64,000 nt of DNA from Azolla caroliniana (lineage: Eukaryota > Plantae > Polypodiophyta). Made by a program: the position numbers and the translations under genes. The stretch covers positions 4,650,001 to 4,714,000 of the forward strand of contig JBHGNT010000003.1 of assembly GCA_043228905.1 (NCBI GenBank), read 5' to 3'. The notes beneath the pieces are model-generated. The model made no database searches. It saw only the letters and a program-made list of their open reading frames with translations, and was not told the DNA's origin. Each line of letters opens with the position of its first letter. The stretch's first letter is position 1. Shown piece by piece: positions 61,451 to 64,000 of the stretch.

Positions 61451-62999
61451 CCGGAAGATGTGTTTTACAACTTCCCAGTGCTTCTTTCTGGGATTAGAGA
61501 TGTATCAGTTGGTGGCTCCTAATGTGTAGGCAAGGTCAGGTGCGGTGGCCACCATCGTGTACATGACACTTCCTACTACCGATGCATAGGGTATTCAGGT
61601 CATGAACTCTCTCTCTTCCTTTGTAGAAGAAGATTCCTTGTCGGATAGTTTGATCGATGTCGAGAGCGTTGTTGGTGTCGGCTTTGATGTGTCCATATTA
61701 AAGAAATTTATCACATTCCAGATGTAATTGGATTGGGAGATTCGAAGGATCTTCTTTCTTCGATTTTGCTTTATCCGCATGCCCAATATGTGTTCGGTTT
61801 CTCCGAGTTCCTTCATCAAGAATTTCTCGTGAAGTTGTCATTTCAGCTTCCTGATTTTGGCTTTATCATTTCCGGTGATAAGCATGTCGTCAACATATAT
61901 GATTAGGTAGATCCGGGACTCATCGGCCAATTGTCGAATATACATACATGGGCAGAGTCAGACTGACTGTATCCAAGTTGCCGGATGTAGGAATCAAACT
62001 TTTGATACCACATCCTCTATGCTTGTTTTAGGTAGTAGAGGCTTTTATTCAATCGGCACACAAGGTGACATTCCTCCCCCGTCGCCGTGAAGCCTGCCAG
62101 CTAGGACATATAGATTTCCTCTTCTAGATCTCCACGTAGGAATCCCGTCTTCATGTCTAGTTGCCCAAGCTCGAGGTTTTTTGTCGTTACGATCCCAAGT
62201 AGGAGCCGAAGGGTCGTCATCTTGACTACAAGAGGAAAGATCATGTTCCTGATTGAAACCTTTTGCGATGAGCCAAGCTTTGTACTTGGGTTTTTCTGAG
62301 CCAGATACATATTTGTATCTATAAACCCATTTGCCGGATAACGGCTTGCTTCCGACTGGTAATTCGACCAACTCTCATGTGTTACATCCGCCACAATCAT
62401 GGCTTCTGTGTAGGAGCTTGATTCTCTTGCATTCGTGTAATTGGCGTAGTCCAGGTCTGGTTGATAGTACTCTCGCAATCTTCAGACTCGTTTGGATTTC
62501 CTTGGTGCCAATATATTTGATTTGGATTCTTTGATCAGCTCGAATGTTCGATTGGCATGTGATGAATCTCTGTTAGAAGGAGATCGTCATGAGGATTCGC
62601 TATTGCAATCATCTTGCGTTGGTGTCGGATCAACCTCAGGAGTGTTAGTTGGTGCCTTGTGTTACCTAGTGGGACAAGCCTGACAAGGTGTGAAATAAAT
62701 CAAGGGGTGCCAAGCACTAGCAGCCGAACAAAGGAAGTTGAACATTTAGGAAGAACGGTTGGAAAACGTCGAGCATAGGGGACTGCATATATATCGAGTA
62801 TTGGAGAACCAATGGGGGAGAGGGGAACTAGGCTCGGAATTGAGGGATAGAGAGTGAGTGTTTTACCGGTAGTAATCGGTACCTTATATCTATGTGTATA
62901 CACTTCCTAATGAAATATAAATTTTGTGGGCAACCCCAGTGTTCTTTCTTTTAAAGTCTGGTGTATACGTAAGTACTATCGGTGTAGGAGTTCTAAGAT

Positions 63000-63395
63000 T
63001 GGTTGTGGCCGATCTCATGGAATACTTTTCTGTTCTATCAGTTGTACCCCCAGATGAGTGGTATAATCTAAACAATGGCCTATAGACATTCGCGACTATA
63101 GGGAAGTCCATATACTTTGTGACGACCCGAATCGCCATGACCCCAACTCTTCTGCGCACCAGAATACCTTTATCCGATTCCTCAAGAGGAGTTATCAATG
63201 GTGTTTCCTTAGGATGGAGTAATACAATTTCGCATGCCTGGTGGGACAGGTTCATTCTCCTTTTCCATCGGTAGATTCCTAAGCGAGAATTGATCAGTTA
63301 GTTCTACGCCATCTCTTAGGAACCCCGGGAGATGGTTCCTCAGTTCAAAATTCACTTCCAGAACTTACGAAGACAGCTAGCTCGAGAAATTCCGG
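63000..63395 (+). pseudogene. Degenerate retrotransposon gag fragment
   Basis: WWDRFILLFHR..FYAIS.EPREMVPQFKIHFQNLRRQL resembles the Retrotrans-gag Q..E.V..F..RF..L motif. Confidence 0.5.
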
Positions 63396-64000
63396 TGTCA
63401 TAATGTTCTCGACATAGAGTGTGAAACCACTGTCAAAAGAGAATAAAATATTAGTTCAAATAAACTAATGTTGTGAAGTCAACTATAGTAATAAATGAAA
63501 GGATAAAAAGTTAGAAGCGGTTTTCAAAAGTAGACAAAAATAGAGAAAAAGATGGAAAAAGAAAAGCTAGACGTGGATATGAGGAGCAAGGTAGAGTAAA
63601 AAGCTCGTAATGTTCTCATCTGATGTCCAAATTAGGAAAGGGAAGATGTATAAGAAATCTAACACAAAGAGCTTTCTAAAAATAGCTTGCATGTGAAATT
63701 TGAGTTTACAAAGCAGATCTAGTAATCAAAAGAAAACTTGACTCATATAGACAAACTTTTAGGGAAAAAAAAAGTAAACAATCCTAAACCTATAAATAAG
63801 AGCTTATTCTTAAGAAGAAGGGGGGAAGGAAGAGGAACGCCGAAGCTCTACTCAATGGGAAAGAGGAAGAAGAAGGATCAACAACATGAAGTGGCATAAT
63901 CAACAAAGGATCTCCTTCTTCTATATTCCACTCTCTTCTTTTCTCCACCTCTCTTCCCCTTTTATAAATTATCTCTTATATTCATATCCAACCAGTTGTA
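63396..64000 (+). mobile_element. Probable LTR running off the window end
   Basis: Abrupt TGTCAT start after CCGG interrupting gag; CCTATAAATA at ~63790 followed by purine/pyrimidine tracts. Confidence 0.45.

Larger units (their letters stand above)
58929..62680 (-). mobile_element. Degenerate Copia (third lineage): RT-RNase H and probable 3' LTR (~58929-59245), interrupted by a solo LTR
   Basis: KWVYRYKY..KYKAWLIAKGF, QLDMKTGFL, YVDDMLI, HIFRYLRG, STTx.AEYIA, TKHIEMR; LTR boundaries uncertain. Confidence 0.8.

Noticed and set aside
62890-63255. 121-aa minus-strand ORF as a gene
   Set aside because: No recognisable motif; the opposite strand resembles degenerate gag.

Overview
Eukaryotic, gene-free, heavily nested transposon DNA. 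The lineages present (Tcn1-like chromovirus, tRNA-Trp-primed Gypsy, Tork/Tnt1-like Copia, RTE/RTEX-like LINE) suggest a non-seed land plant such as a moss; this is inference. About 15 LTR-retrotransposon insertions or fragments and two LINE fragments can be resolved, many by LTR pairs, PBS/PPT and target-site duplications. One is a near-intact young Copia (21567-26883). The outstanding feature is a ~7.1-kb non-retroelement insert (about 4403-11479) inside a Gypsy pol gene. It carries (i) a spliced, now pseudogenised gene fusing a ParB/Srx-like domain to a bacterial-type beta-class N6-adenine/N4-cytosine DNA methyltransferase, (ii) an array of ~17 copies of a 23-bp palindrome with alternating 17/9-bp spacers, and (iii) a divergently oriented, truncated Sola-like DDE transposase. 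Other notable signals are a conserved -1 frameshift/pseudoknot after the protease in the Trp-primed Gypsy family, CG-centred 4-bp target sites, tRNA-like A/B boxes inside an LTR, and a probable self-priming PBS. All calls were made by eye without database searches; coordinates of degenerate junctions are approximate.
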